Source: an uncultured Nannocystaceae bacterium (lineage in GTDB: Bacteria; Myxococcota_A; Polyangia; Nannocystales; Nannocystaceae). From it: a DNA stretch of 64,000 nucleotides. Under the pieces are notes generated by a model. The model did no database searches. It saw only the letters and a program-made list of their open reading frames with translations, and was not told the DNA's origin. This document shows, one piece after another, positions 1-9,121 of this stretch; position 1 is the stretch's first letter, and the number at the start of each line of letters is the position of its first letter. The stretch covers positions 31,963-95,962 of the forward strand of contig CAZFKC010000020.1 of assembly GCA_964519175.1 (NCBI GenBank). Reading direction: 5' to 3'. The position numbers were made by a program, and so were the translations under genes.

Positions 1-52
1 CGAGCTGGTCCGGCGTGTGCGGGCTCGCTTGCAACTTCTGCGGCGGCTGCGG

Positions 53-991
53 CTAGCTGCGCGGCGGGAACAGTCGCACGACGTGCCCGCCGCCCTTCGG
101 GCCGGGATCGATCGGCGGCAACGCGGTGACCATGCGCTCGATCGTCGGCAGCGCGCGGATCGCTGCGGCCCCGGCGTGCAGCTCGGACCACGGCCCGCGG
201 AACACCAGCACGAGGCGATAGATCCCCGCGAACCCGCGCGCGAAGAGGCCGAGATCGTCGCTCGCCGTGGGCAGCACCTTCTCGTCCGCGGCCCCGCGAC
301 GGGCCAGCGCGATGGCGCGCATCGTCGCGACGAACGCGTGCCACTCGTCCGGCGTGCGGTGCAGGCCTTGGCCGTGCATGCGGCCGACGGCACGGACGAT
401 GCGGACGCGATCCTCGGCGCCGAGCCCCGCTGCGACGAGCATCGGCTCGAGCGGCTCGGTGGCGACGAGCAGCGTCGCGAGCTCGAGCCCGCCGCGCGCA
501 GCCGCCTGTGCGGCCGCGGATACCCACGCGGCGACGTCGGCATCCTCGGGCCCGCGCGGCGCGAGCGAGCTGCCCCAGATCACGGGCGAGCGCTCGTCGA
601 CGACCACGGCGGCGACCGCCGAGACGCCACGGGCGAGGATCGCCAGCGTCTCGTCGAGCGCGTGCGTGGCCAGCTCGGCGACCGTGCCGAGGTGTGGCGC
701 ATGGGTGAGCGCGGCATCGATCGTGGTCGCGAAGGTCTCGGCGAGCGCGGCCAGCCGCTCGCGGCGCTCGGCGAGGTCGGGCGGCGCGGGGTCGAACGTG
801 GCGATGAGCCGGAAGCCGCCGGCCAGCTCGCACCACGCGTCCGACTCGCGGGGTGGCTTGAGCCCGAGCTCGATGCGCACGTCGTCGGCGCGCAGCTCCC
901 GGGCCACCAGCTCGAGCAGTCGGGTCAACGCCTCCACGCGGGTCGGACCATAGACGATTTCCGTCACGGGTCGCAGACCTGGCCGCAGCAT
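53..991 (-). CDS. conserved hypothetical protein, 312 aa (possibly two roadblock/LC7-like halves)
   Basis: Part of ORF 53..1183(-). The Arg-rich N-terminus was dropped and the start taken at ATG 991 (MLRPGLRPVTEIVYGP...). Composition is protein-like. Segments VAAVVVDERSPVIWGSS and IYRLVLVFRGPWSEL look roadblock-like by eye only. Confidence 0.55.
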   Translation of the reverse strand: MLRPGLRPVTEIVYGPTRVEALTRLLELVARELRADDVRIELGLKPPRESDAWCELAGGFRLIATFDPAPPDLAERRERLAALAETFATTIDAALTHAPHLGTVAELATHALDETLAILARGVSAVAAVVVDERSPVIWGSSLAPRGPEDADVAAWVSAAAQAAARGGLELATLLVATEPLEPMLVAAGLGAEDRVRIVRAVGRMHGQGLHRTPDEWHAFVATMRAIALARRGAADEKVLPTASDDLGLFARGFAGIYRLVLVFRGPWSELHAGAAAIRALPTIERMVTALPPIDPGPKGGGHVVRLFPPRS

Positions 992-1044
992 CGCGCGTAC
1001 CAGCGACCTCGATGGGCCGGATGTGCCCGTCGGAGGGGCCTGCC

Positions 1045-2496
1045 ATGTCTCGTCGCGCCTTTGCGATCGCCGTTGCCGCGCTCGTGTGCGGTTGTGCCAA
1101 CGCCAACGCCGTCGGCCCCGCCGGCGGCGCTCGACCCGGCCCGCTCGCGGCGGCGCCCACCGTGCCCCCCGAGCCCGATGCACCGATCGCAGCGCCCACC
1201 CACGAGGCGCCCATCTCCGCCACCTGGGTGGGCGGCGCCGCGGCCAGCGACTTCATGCTCGCGTCGCAGTCCGAGCAGCTGCTCGGCGTGTGGGTCGACG
1301 TGCCCAAGCTCGCCGTGCCCCGTGTGCCGCTGGCGATCGCGCTGTCGATCGACACCTCGGGATCGATGCAGGGCGATCCCATCAAGCACGCGCGCGCTGC
1401 TGCACGCAAGGTCGTCGAGGAGATGCAGGACGGCGATCTGCTCGCGCTCGTCACGTTCGACAGCCACGCGAGCACCGTGATCGAGCCCACCGTGCTCGGC
1501 CCGCAGAGTCGCCGCCGCGCGCTCGCGACGATCGCCGAGCTCGAGGCCTCGGGTGGCACCGCGCTGCACGACGGGGTGAAGACCGCCGAGATGGCGCTCC
1601 TGCACGCGCCGCCCGAGTACCTCGTGCGCCGCGTGGTGGTGCTGTCCGACGGGCAGGCCACCGCCGGCCCGACCGATCCCCAGACGCTCGGCAACGTCGC
1701 CGAGGTCGGCATGGGCCACGGCATCCAGGTGACGGCGCTCGGCGTCGGGCTCGACTACGACGAGCACACGCTCGACGCGTTCGCCGTGCGCTCGAGCGGC
1801 CGGCTCTACCACATCGAGAACAGCAAGGAGCTGCCCGGCATCGTCGATCGCGAGCTGCAGCTGCTCGCGCAGACCTCCGCCGCCCAGGCAGAGCTCGAGC
1901 TCGTGCCCGCGCCGGGCGTGATGATCACCGGCGCAGACGCGGTGCGATCGATCGGCAGCGGGTCCAACCTGCGCGTGCCGCTCGGGGTGATGTTCGCGGG
2001 CCAGCAGCGCGAGGTGCTGGTGCGCCTGCGCGTCGATCGTCGCGAGGCCGGCAGCCACCCGCTCGCGAGCGTGCGGCTGCGCTTCCGCGATCCCGCGGAC
2101 GACGGGGTCGAGCGCATGCACGAGTCCGTCGTGCGCACGACGGTGACCGACGATCCGAAGCTCGTCGCGCAGCACGAGCACGATCGCGCGCAGGCGATCA
2201 TCGCGATGCGCGAGGCCGCGATGCTGGCTGCGAACGCGTCGCGGCTCGCGACGGGTGGCGAGCTGGCCCTCGCGACGCAGGACCTCGACCGCGCCGAGAG
2301 CGAGCTGCGCGAGCGCGCGAATCGCTTCACCGACGAGAAGCGCCGCAAGCAGGTGCTGTCGAACGCGGACGAGCTCGGCCGCACGAGCCGCAAGATGAAG
2401 GACGCCGCGGCCGCACCCGCGCCCGTGCGTGCGAAGGCCAGCCGCGCTGCGGCGCTCGAGGCCAACGACGCCTCGATGGCGCTCGACGGGTTCTGA
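1045..2496 (+). CDS. von Willebrand factor A (VWA) domain lipoprotein, 483 aa
   Basis: Start at ATG 1045, preceded by GGAGGGG at 1033-1039. Signal peptide with a Cys lipobox (AIAVAALVCGC). MIDAS motif DTSGSM, followed by a LVTFD...GGTAL...VVVLSDG VWA core. Confidence 0.85.
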   Translation: MSRRAFAIAVAALVCGCANANAVGPAGGARPGPLAAAPTVPPEPDAPIAAPTHEAPISATWVGGAAASDFMLASQSEQLLGVWVDVPKLAVPRVPLAIALSIDTSGSMQGDPIKHARAAARKVVEEMQDGDLLALVTFDSHASTVIEPTVLGPQSRRRALATIAELEASGGTALHDGVKTAEMALLHAPPEYLVRRVVVLSDGQATAGPTDPQTLGNVAEVGMGHGIQVTALGVGLDYDEHTLDAFAVRSSGRLYHIENSKELPGIVDRELQLLAQTSAAQAELELVPAPGVMITGADAVRSIGSGSNLRVPLGVMFAGQQREVLVRLRVDRREAGSHPLASVRLRFRDPADDGVERMHESVVRTTVTDDPKLVAQHEHDRAQAIIAMREAAMLAANASRLATGGELALATQDLDRAESELRERANRFTDEKRRKQVLSNADELGRTSRKMKDAAAAPAPVRAKASRAAALEANDASMALDGF

Positions 2497-2500
2497 TTCG

Positions 2501-3214
2501 TCAGCGTCGCGCGAGACGGCGAGCCTCGCGTCGTTCCTCGCGCGCGAGTCGCTTCTCCTCGCGCGCGATCCGACGCGCGAGCTTCGGATCGATGCGCGGC
2601 TTGCCGAGCGGCTCGACCTCGACGTCGACCTCCATGATGCCCACGACGTCGTCGACATCCGGGTCGTCGACCTCGGGGTCGCCGACGGGCGCCTCGACCG
2701 CGACGAAGCCGCGTGCCGGGTCGGTCTCGATCGGCTCCACGAAGGGCGAGAGGGGCGGAACGACCCCCGCCTCGGAGGGCTGCACCGCGGGCTCGACGGG
2801 CTCGTCCTCGGGGATCACCGCGTCGGCCAGCCGGGGCTTGGGCGGACAGACGACCGCGTAGCCATCGGCGTCGATGCACTCGCTCTGCGCGCTGCGTTCG
2901 GCGTCGGGCATGTGACCCGCGCAGCCCGCCAGCGAGACGGCGAGCGCCGCTGGAGCGAAGCGGGGCGCCGGCGCGCGCAGGCGGATCGTCCCGTCGGGCC
3001 GCGTCCGGTACGACACGCACAGCCCGGTCTTGCGGTGGCGCGCGAGCAGGGTGACGACCTCGTCCTCGGACAGCCGCGACAGATCGTGCACGGCCTTGTC
3101 GCAGTTCGTGCAGAACGCCGGCGCGTCGGCGGTGGCGGGCCGCCCCGCGAATGCCCGACACGGGGAGGCGATGGGGAGCTGTCGCTTCGTGATGCCCACC
3201 GGATCCGAACGCAC
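2501..3214 (-). CDS. hypothetical protein, 237 aa, with an N-terminal Cys motif and an acidic then basic C-terminus
   Basis: ORF 2501..3214(-) with a GTG start. Zinc-ribbon-like C..FCTNC spacing, an internal LAGC lipobox-like site, an acidic run DPEVDDPDVDDVV, and a Lys/Arg/Glu-rich tail. Confidence 0.5.
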   Translation of the reverse strand: MRSDPVGITKRQLPIASPCRAFAGRPATADAPAFCTNCDKAVHDLSRLSEDEVVTLLARHRKTGLCVSYRTRPDGTIRLRAPAPRFAPAALAVSLAGCAGHMPDAERSAQSECIDADGYAVVCPPKPRLADAVIPEDEPVEPAVQPSEAGVVPPLSPFVEPIETDPARGFVAVEAPVGDPEVDDPDVDDVVGIMEVDVEVEPLGKPRIDPKLARRIAREEKRLAREERREARRLARR

Positions 3215-3433
3215 GCGCGCTGCGCCTGCTTACGCGCGTCCGTCCCCGGGCCGCGGCACGGGATCCGGCAACGCACTGTTGCCGAGCGATGCCCTGTGCC
3301 CGCGCGCGTTCGGCCCTACGATGGAGCCCATCGCATGGCCCGACCTGCACGTCTCAGTCGCCGCCGCACGCTCACGGGCACACTCGCGGGCGCGGCGACG
3401 ATCGGCTGTGCACGGCCACGCGAGGAGCCGCGC

Positions 3434-4237
3434 ATGACCACCACGCCTGCCCGCATGCCTGTCGTCTACCTGCCGCACGGCGGCGGTCCGTGGCCGTTCG
3501 TCGACATCGGCATGGACAAGGGCGAGCACGATGCGCTCGCCGGCTACCTGCGCGGGCTCGCCCAGCTGCCCCCGCCGAAGGCGCTGCTGGTGATCTCGGC
3601 GCACTGGGAGGAGCGCGAGCCCACGCTCATGACCGCCGCGCGCCCACCGATGCTGTACGACTACTACGGCTTCCCCGCCGAGGCCTACACGCTGCAGTGG
3701 CCGGCACCCGGCGCACCCGAGCTCGCGACGCGCGTACGCGCGCTCGTCGAAGGCGCGGGCTTCACCGCGCGCGAGGACGCGGAGCGCGGCTTCGATCACG
3801 GCACGTTCGTGCCGCTCGCGCTCGCGTGGCCGGACGCGAAGGTGCCGACGCTGCAGCTCTCCCAGATCGCAGGCCTCGATCCGGCGCAGCACCTCGCGCT
3901 CGGTCGCGCGCTCGCACCACTGCGCGACGAGGGCGTGCTCGTCGTCGGCAGCGGGATGTCGTATCACAACATGCGCGGCTTCCGTGATCCGCGGGCGCGC
4001 GTGCACGCGGAGAGCTTCGACGCCTGGCTGCGCACCACGGCCGAGTCGGCCCCGGCCGATCGCGATCGTGGGCTCGGCGAGTGGGCGCAGGCACCGTCGG
4101 CCCGCGCCGCACATCCCCGCGAAGAGCACCTCATGCCGCTCATGGTGATCGCGGGCGCGGCCGGCGAAGACGTCGGACGCACCGCGTGGAACGGCACCGT
4201 GTTCGGCATGCGGATCTCGGCGTTCCACTTCGGCTGA
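3434..4237 (+). CDS. class III extradiol dioxygenase (LigB / 4,5-DOPA dioxygenase, YgiD-like), 267 aa
   Basis: Motifs MPVVYLPHGGGP, ISAHWEE, YDYYGFP and FDHGTFVPL are typical of the YgiD/DODA family. An alternative upstream ATG at 3335 would add a Tat-like SRRRTL leader. Confidence 0.85.
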   Translation: MTTTPARMPVVYLPHGGGPWPFVDIGMDKGEHDALAGYLRGLAQLPPPKALLVISAHWEEREPTLMTAARPPMLYDYYGFPAEAYTLQWPAPGAPELATRVRALVEGAGFTAREDAERGFDHGTFVPLALAWPDAKVPTLQLSQIAGLDPAQHLALGRALAPLRDEGVLVVGSGMSYHNMRGFRDPRARVHAESFDAWLRTTAESAPADRDRGLGEWAQAPSARAAHPREEHLMPLMVIAGAAGEDVGRTAWNGTVFGMRISAFHFG

Positions 4238-4256
4238 GAGCCGAAGGCGAGGACGG

Positions 4257-5597
4257 TCACAGCGTCAGTGGACCGCTGGAGTAGCCGGCCGAGCCGAAGC
4301 TCTGATCGTCGGCACCGAAGAGCTGCAGGAACGTCGTGTAGAGATCGCCGGTGGTGCGGCCGTCTTGGTTCGAGTGACGGCCGGTCTGCAGCTGGCCGCC
4401 GACGCGCCCGGCGAGCACGACCGGCAGCTGGTAGGGCGCGTGCGCGGCCGGGTCGCCCATCTCGGCGGTCGAGAACAGCAGCATGTTGTCGAGCAACGTG
4501 CCGTCCTGATCCGGCATCGCCGCGAGCTGGTCGATCAAGTACGCGAGCTCGCCCATGTACCAGGTGAACACGGTGCGGGGGATCGACTTGTCCGCCATGT
4601 TGGGGATGTCGTGCACCATCGCGTGCCAGCCGGTGTACGGGCCGGGGATCGCGAGGCCGAGCCACGGGAACGTGGGCCCGTCGTAGTTCGTGTACTGCAG
4701 GCTGCCGACACGGGTGAGATCGCAGGCCAGCGCCATCACCATCAGGTCGATCAGCATCCGCGAGCTCGCGTCGTCGAACGAGGCGTCCCACGCACTGCCC
4801 CACTGGTTCTGATCGTAGCCCTCGGGATACTCGAGCATCGGCTGCGTGCAGCCCACGCCCGCCTCGCCCTCGTTGCCGAGCTGCATCTCGAGCTGGCGGA
4901 TCTTGTCGGCGTGGTTCTCGAGCGTGATGCGGTCGGCCGCGCTCACCTTCGTCTGCAGGCGGTCGAGCCCGTCGACCACGTTGTCGAGCACGCTCTGCCG
5001 GCGCGCATGCAGGCGCTGGATCGTGGTGAGCGGTAGATCCGGATCGACGTCGACGTCGGAGAAGAGCGAGGTGAAGATCGCGGCGGGCTCGCTGTCGACG
5101 GGCACCGGATCCGCGGGGCCGGCATAGATCGCCTCGTACTCGCCGAGCCCACCGCCGCCGATGCCGAACTGCAGCGAGCGATGGGGCGTGGGCGCGGCCA
5201 GGCGATCGGCGATGACCTGATCGATCGACGGGCCCTCGGGCATCGCGCCGTTGCCGGTGTTGCGCGCGCACGTGAAGATCGAGTGGCCGTTGCTGATGTG
5301 GCCGTTCTCGCCGTACTCGGCCCCGGCCGGGTTCGACAGGCCGGAGACGACCACGATGTCGGCCTTGCGCGACTCGAGCGGCGAGAGGATCTGCGAGAGC
5401 ACCATCGCGTTCGCGGGCCCCGACGGCGCCCACTCGTCCACCAGCGTGCCCTCGACGTGCATGAACTGCAGGTAGCGGAGGATCGGCGCGGCGCCGCCGG
5501 CCTTCGCGGTGTGCATGCTCTCGAGGAACGGTAGCGCGACGGCGATGCCACCTGCGCCACGCAGCACCGAGCGACGACTCATGTGATTGCGGCGCAT
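4257..5597 (-). CDS. DUF1552 family protein with a Tat-type signal, 446 aa
   Basis: The N-terminus MRRNHMSRRSVLRGAGGIAVALPFLESM is the characteristic DUF1552 leader. It lies 2 nt downstream of the DUF1592-type partner gene. Confidence 0.85.
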   Translation of the reverse strand: MRRNHMSRRSVLRGAGGIAVALPFLESMHTAKAGGAAPILRYLQFMHVEGTLVDEWAPSGPANAMVLSQILSPLESRKADIVVVSGLSNPAGAEYGENGHISNGHSIFTCARNTGNGAMPEGPSIDQVIADRLAAPTPHRSLQFGIGGGGLGEYEAIYAGPADPVPVDSEPAAIFTSLFSDVDVDPDLPLTTIQRLHARRQSVLDNVVDGLDRLQTKVSAADRITLENHADKIRQLEMQLGNEGEAGVGCTQPMLEYPEGYDQNQWGSAWDASFDDASSRMLIDLMVMALACDLTRVGSLQYTNYDGPTFPWLGLAIPGPYTGWHAMVHDIPNMADKSIPRTVFTWYMGELAYLIDQLAAMPDQDGTLLDNMLLFSTAEMGDPAAHAPYQLPVVLAGRVGGQLQTGRHSNQDGRTTGDLYTTFLQLFGADDQSFGSAGYSSGPLTL

Positions 5598-5599
5598 CC

Positions 5600-7318
5600 C
5601 TACTCCTCCACCAGGCGCGTACGGAACGCGTTGCTGAGCGCGAGCGCCATCACGAGCTCGCGCAGGTCGCCGCCGGACTCGACGAAGCGCGTCGCGACCG
5701 GCGCGAGCGCGCAGGGCTGCACCTGATCGGGCAGGACGCCGAAGGTGTACTGGTAGAACTGCTCGGCCACGCACTCGGTGACCGCTTCGCTGGCGGCCAG
5801 CCGCGCCTGCAGCTCGGGCACGCCGTTGAACGTGCCGTCGGTGCCCTCGGGCCCGCCGATCACCTCGCCGGAGTTGTCGACGGGACTGCCGTCGACGTCG
5901 AGCTCGCGCCACGCACCGATCGGATCGTAGTCCTCGAAGCCGAGCCCGATCGGGTTCATCAGCGTGTGGCAGCCACCGCAGTTCATGTGGCCGATGAGGA
6001 TCTCGGTGCGCTCGCGCTCGGTCGCGTCGGGCGGGTACTCCGGCGTGTTCGCCATCGCGTCGGCGGGCGGTGGCGGCAGCTCCTGGCAGAGCAGCTGCGT
6101 GCGCACGAGCTCACCGCGGAAGATCGGGCCGGTGCTGGTCGAGTGCGAGTGCTCGGCGAGCAGGGCCGGACGCGTGAGCAGCCCGCTGCGCGTCGCATCG
6201 AGCTCGACCGCCTGCCACTGCCCCGCTGGTGGCGCCGCGATGCCGAACAGCGCGGCGAGCTCGGTATCGACCTCGGTCGATGTCGAGGTCAGCAGTCGTT
6301 CGACCGTCGGCGTGTCGCTCGCGAGCACGCCCTGCACGTAGCGCGACAGCTCCTCGTCGACCGAGCTGGCCATCGCCTCGGTGTAGGCCGGGAAGAGCGT
6401 GGCATCCTTGTCGTAGGCCGGCACGCCGTCGTAGTGGGTCCACTCGCGCACGAATCGCTCGAGCGCCGGGCCGCTCTTCGTGGTGTCGGCGAGCATGCGC
6501 TCGACCTGCGCGGCGATGCCGTCGTCGGTCTGCAGCTCGCCGGCGATCGCGGCGGCGAACAGCGCGTCGTCGGGCATCGAGTCCCACAGCAGATACGACA
6601 AGCGCGCGGCGATCTCGTGGTCGGAGAGCCCGACGACGCCCGGCGCGATCTCCCCGGTGCCGCGCTCGACGAGGTAGAGGAAGTCGCCGGACTGCAGCAC
6701 CGCCGCGACGACGGTGCCGATACCGTCCGCGAAGCCGTCGACGGCCGCCGACTGGTAGAGCGAGAGCAACGCCGCCCGCTCGTCGTCGGTGATCGGCCGT
6801 CGATACGCACGCGCCGCGAAGTCGGCGATGAACCCGGTCGCACACGCCTCGTCCTGCGCACCGTCGCAGCCGACCACCGCATCGACGTCGTCGATGACCT
6901 GCACCGCGACCTCTTCGGCGGCTTCGAGCAGATCCATCGCGCTCGGCAGCGACACCACGTTGTCGAGCGGGTTGTTGCTGTAGCTCTTGTAGGTCTGCGT
7001 GACGGGGAAGCGATCGCTCGGCACGATCGCGCCGTCGAACAGCGCTTCGATCGTGTTGCGGTACTGCACCGCCGTCAGGCGGCGCATCGGAGCGAGCCCC
7101 GACTCGAGCTCGCCACACGCGGCGTCGGTGTCCGCACCGCTGTCGCCCGAGCCACCGTCGGCGCCTGTGCTCGCGCCGTCGGTCGCCCCGGTGGCGCCGT
7201 CACTGCCCCCGGCCTCGGCGCCGTCCGAGTGGGCATCGACGCCGCGGTAGCAACCCACCGCCACGATCGCGCAGGCCAGGAGCGCGCGGTGACGACGGCG
7301 TGGTCGAAGGGGCCCCAT
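5600..7318 (-). CDS. DUF1592/DUF1588/DUF1585-type secreted protein with a CXXCH motif, 572 aa
   Basis: Start at ATG 7318 (MGPLRPRRRH, lipobox VGC). Segments RRLTAVQYRNTIEALF, AYRRPITDDE and LSYLLWDSMPD, and a heme-type motif MNCGGCH. This is the usual partner of DUF1552. Confidence 0.85.
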   Translation of the reverse strand: MGPLRPRRRHRALLACAIVAVGCYRGVDAHSDGAEAGGSDGATGATDGASTGADGGSGDSGADTDAACGELESGLAPMRRLTAVQYRNTIEALFDGAIVPSDRFPVTQTYKSYSNNPLDNVVSLPSAMDLLEAAEEVAVQVIDDVDAVVGCDGAQDEACATGFIADFAARAYRRPITDDERAALLSLYQSAAVDGFADGIGTVVAAVLQSGDFLYLVERGTGEIAPGVVGLSDHEIAARLSYLLWDSMPDDALFAAAIAGELQTDDGIAAQVERMLADTTKSGPALERFVREWTHYDGVPAYDKDATLFPAYTEAMASSVDEELSRYVQGVLASDTPTVERLLTSTSTEVDTELAALFGIAAPPAGQWQAVELDATRSGLLTRPALLAEHSHSTSTGPIFRGELVRTQLLCQELPPPPADAMANTPEYPPDATERERTEILIGHMNCGGCHTLMNPIGLGFEDYDPIGAWRELDVDGSPVDNSGEVIGGPEGTDGTFNGVPELQARLAASEAVTECVAEQFYQYTFGVLPDQVQPCALAPVATRFVESGGDLRELVMALALSNAFRTRLVEE

Positions 7319-7502
7319 CGCCGGAGGAGACCCGGCGGACCGCGGCGTCGGGTGAAAGCTTTTCTCTGGTCGCGCCCTCCGGCGCTCTTCCTGGTGCGCG
7401 CGGCCATGCTCGCTGCCGCCGTGGCAGAGCCACCGCGGGCTCGAGAGGCATTCGCGCACGCGAACCAGCAGTCGCGGGCGTGGGGCGCCCCACCGATTCG
7501 GC

Positions 7503-8573
7503 TCACCAGTCGTCGCGCCAGCGCAAGAGCCCGTCGCGGACGCGCTGGTAGACGGCGGTCGTGGCCCGCACGTCGCCCGCGTTGTAGAGCGCGATCTGGG
7601 CGAGGTCGCCCTTCGCGTACGCGGTCGCGACCATCGATCCGTCCATCGCTTCCTTGGGGCTCGCGAAGCCGAGCGCCCAGCACACGACGTCGAGCGACGA
7701 CGGACCGCGCGCGTAGCTGCTGCCGCCCGCGAGCACGTTGAACAGATCGAGGTGCGGCCGTAACGAGTAGGGCGAGCTCATCAGATCGACCTTCACGGGG
7801 ATCTCGTGGATGAGCGAGCGCCCGATCAGGAACGGCACGTCGAAGCCGCGACCGTTGTACGACACCACCACGTTCGCGTTCGCGGCGAGCGCCCAGAACG
7901 CGCGCAAGAGCTCGGGCTCGGTGACGGAGCGGATCCAGCTCGGCGCGTGCGCGGCATCCATCGTGGGCCCGTGCGTGGGCGGCACGGCGAAGACGGTGAC
8001 GTCCTGCGTGCGCGGATCCTGCTCGCCGTCGCCGACCGCGAGCGAGACGATCTGCCCGAAGTAGGGCGACAGGCTCATCACCTTGCTCTGATCCCACTCG
8101 TTGCGCTCGGCGTGCTTGCCGACCGCCTGCGCGATCGTGGGCGGCGCCTTGCGCAGATCGACGGCGGGCACCGTCTCGATGTCGAACACGAGCACGTCGC
8201 AGAGCAGATCCGAGACGAGCGCGTGGCCCTCTTCGACGAGCAGCTCGGGATCGTAGGCGGGCTCGCCCGCACGCGCGGCTCGCAAGCCCCGGATCGACAG
8301 CTGCAGCGCGCCCTTGTACTCCTCGACCTCGAACAGCACCTTGACGTGATCGCCGACCTTCAGCTCCTCGGCGGCCGCCATCGGGCGCGCGTGGTCGCTC
8401 CAGATCTTGCCGGCGAGCGTGCGCGTGCGATCGGCGAGCCGGATCTCGAAGAACGGCTTGCCCTGGCGGGTCTGTCCGCGCCGCGCCATGCGGACGACCG
8501 CGAAGGCCGTGTACGAGCCGGCGCCCGTCGTGACCGCCGCGAGCTGGGCGACGTGGGTGTGCTCGGCTTCCAT
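7503..8573 (-). CDS. OB-fold plus DEDD-type 3'-5' exonuclease (PolB-exonuclease-like, RNase H fold), 356 aa
   Basis: Start at ATG 8573 (MEAEHTH). The N-terminal OB-like part is GKPFFEIRLADRTRTLAGKIW...VEEYKGALQLSI. Exonuclease motifs: VLVFDIET, SYNGRGFDVPFL and YNAGDVRAT. Confidence 0.75.
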   Translation of the reverse strand: MEAEHTHVAQLAAVTTGAGSYTAFAVVRMARRGQTRQGKPFFEIRLADRTRTLAGKIWSDHARPMAAAEELKVGDHVKVLFEVEEYKGALQLSIRGLRAARAGEPAYDPELLVEEGHALVSDLLCDVLVFDIETVPAVDLRKAPPTIAQAVGKHAERNEWDQSKVMSLSPYFGQIVSLAVGDGEQDPRTQDVTVFAVPPTHGPTMDAAHAPSWIRSVTEPELLRAFWALAANANVVVSYNGRGFDVPFLIGRSLIHEIPVKVDLMSSPYSLRPHLDLFNVLAGGSSYARGPSSLDVVCWALGFASPKEAMDGSMVATAYAKGDLAQIALYNAGDVRATTAVYQRVRDGLLRWRDDW

Positions 8574-8701
8574 CGCGCGCGTCCAGCATAGCAGGCCCGC
8601 CGAGGCCGCCGTTTCCACCGCCCCGGGCGCGATCTCGCCGCCCTCGTCCCGCGCGAGCGCCTGTGTTATCAACGCCGCCTCGGACGACGAGGAGCACGAC
8701 G

Positions 8702-9121
8702 ATGGCTGATCTCAAGGGAAGCAAGACCCACGGCAACCTCAAGGCGGCATTCGCCGGCGAGTCGCAGGCCAACCGCCGCTATCACTACTTCGCGAAGATC
8801 GCGGACATCGAGGGGTACCCCGAGATCGCCGGCAACTTCCGCGAGACCGCCGAGGGCGAGACCGGCCACGCGCACGGCCACCTCGACTACCTCAAGAAGG
8901 TCGGCGACCCGGCCACCGACCTGCCGATCGGCGACACCGTGAGCAACCTGCGTGCGTCGGTCGCCGGCGAGACGCACGAGTACACGGACATGTACCCGGG
9001 CATGGCGAAGACCGCCCGCGAAGAAGGCTTCGGCGAGATCGCCGACTGGTTCGAGACGCTGGCGAAGGCCGAGAAGTCGCACGCCGGCCGCTTCCAGTCG
9101 CTGCTCGATGGCATCAGCTGA
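8702..9121 (+). CDS. rubrerythrin-family diiron protein (no rubredoxin domain), 139 aa
   Basis: Start at ATG 8702 after GAGGAG. Motifs [34 protein letters not shown] and AEKSHAGRF give paired E...ExxH diiron ligands. Confidence 0.9.
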   Translation: MADLKGSKTHGNLKAAFAGESQANRRYHYFAKIADIEGYPEIAGNFRETAEGETGHAHGHLDYLKKVGDPATDLPIGDTVSNLRASVAGETHEYTDMYPGMAKTAREEGFGEIADWFETLAKAEKSHAGRFQSLLDGIS

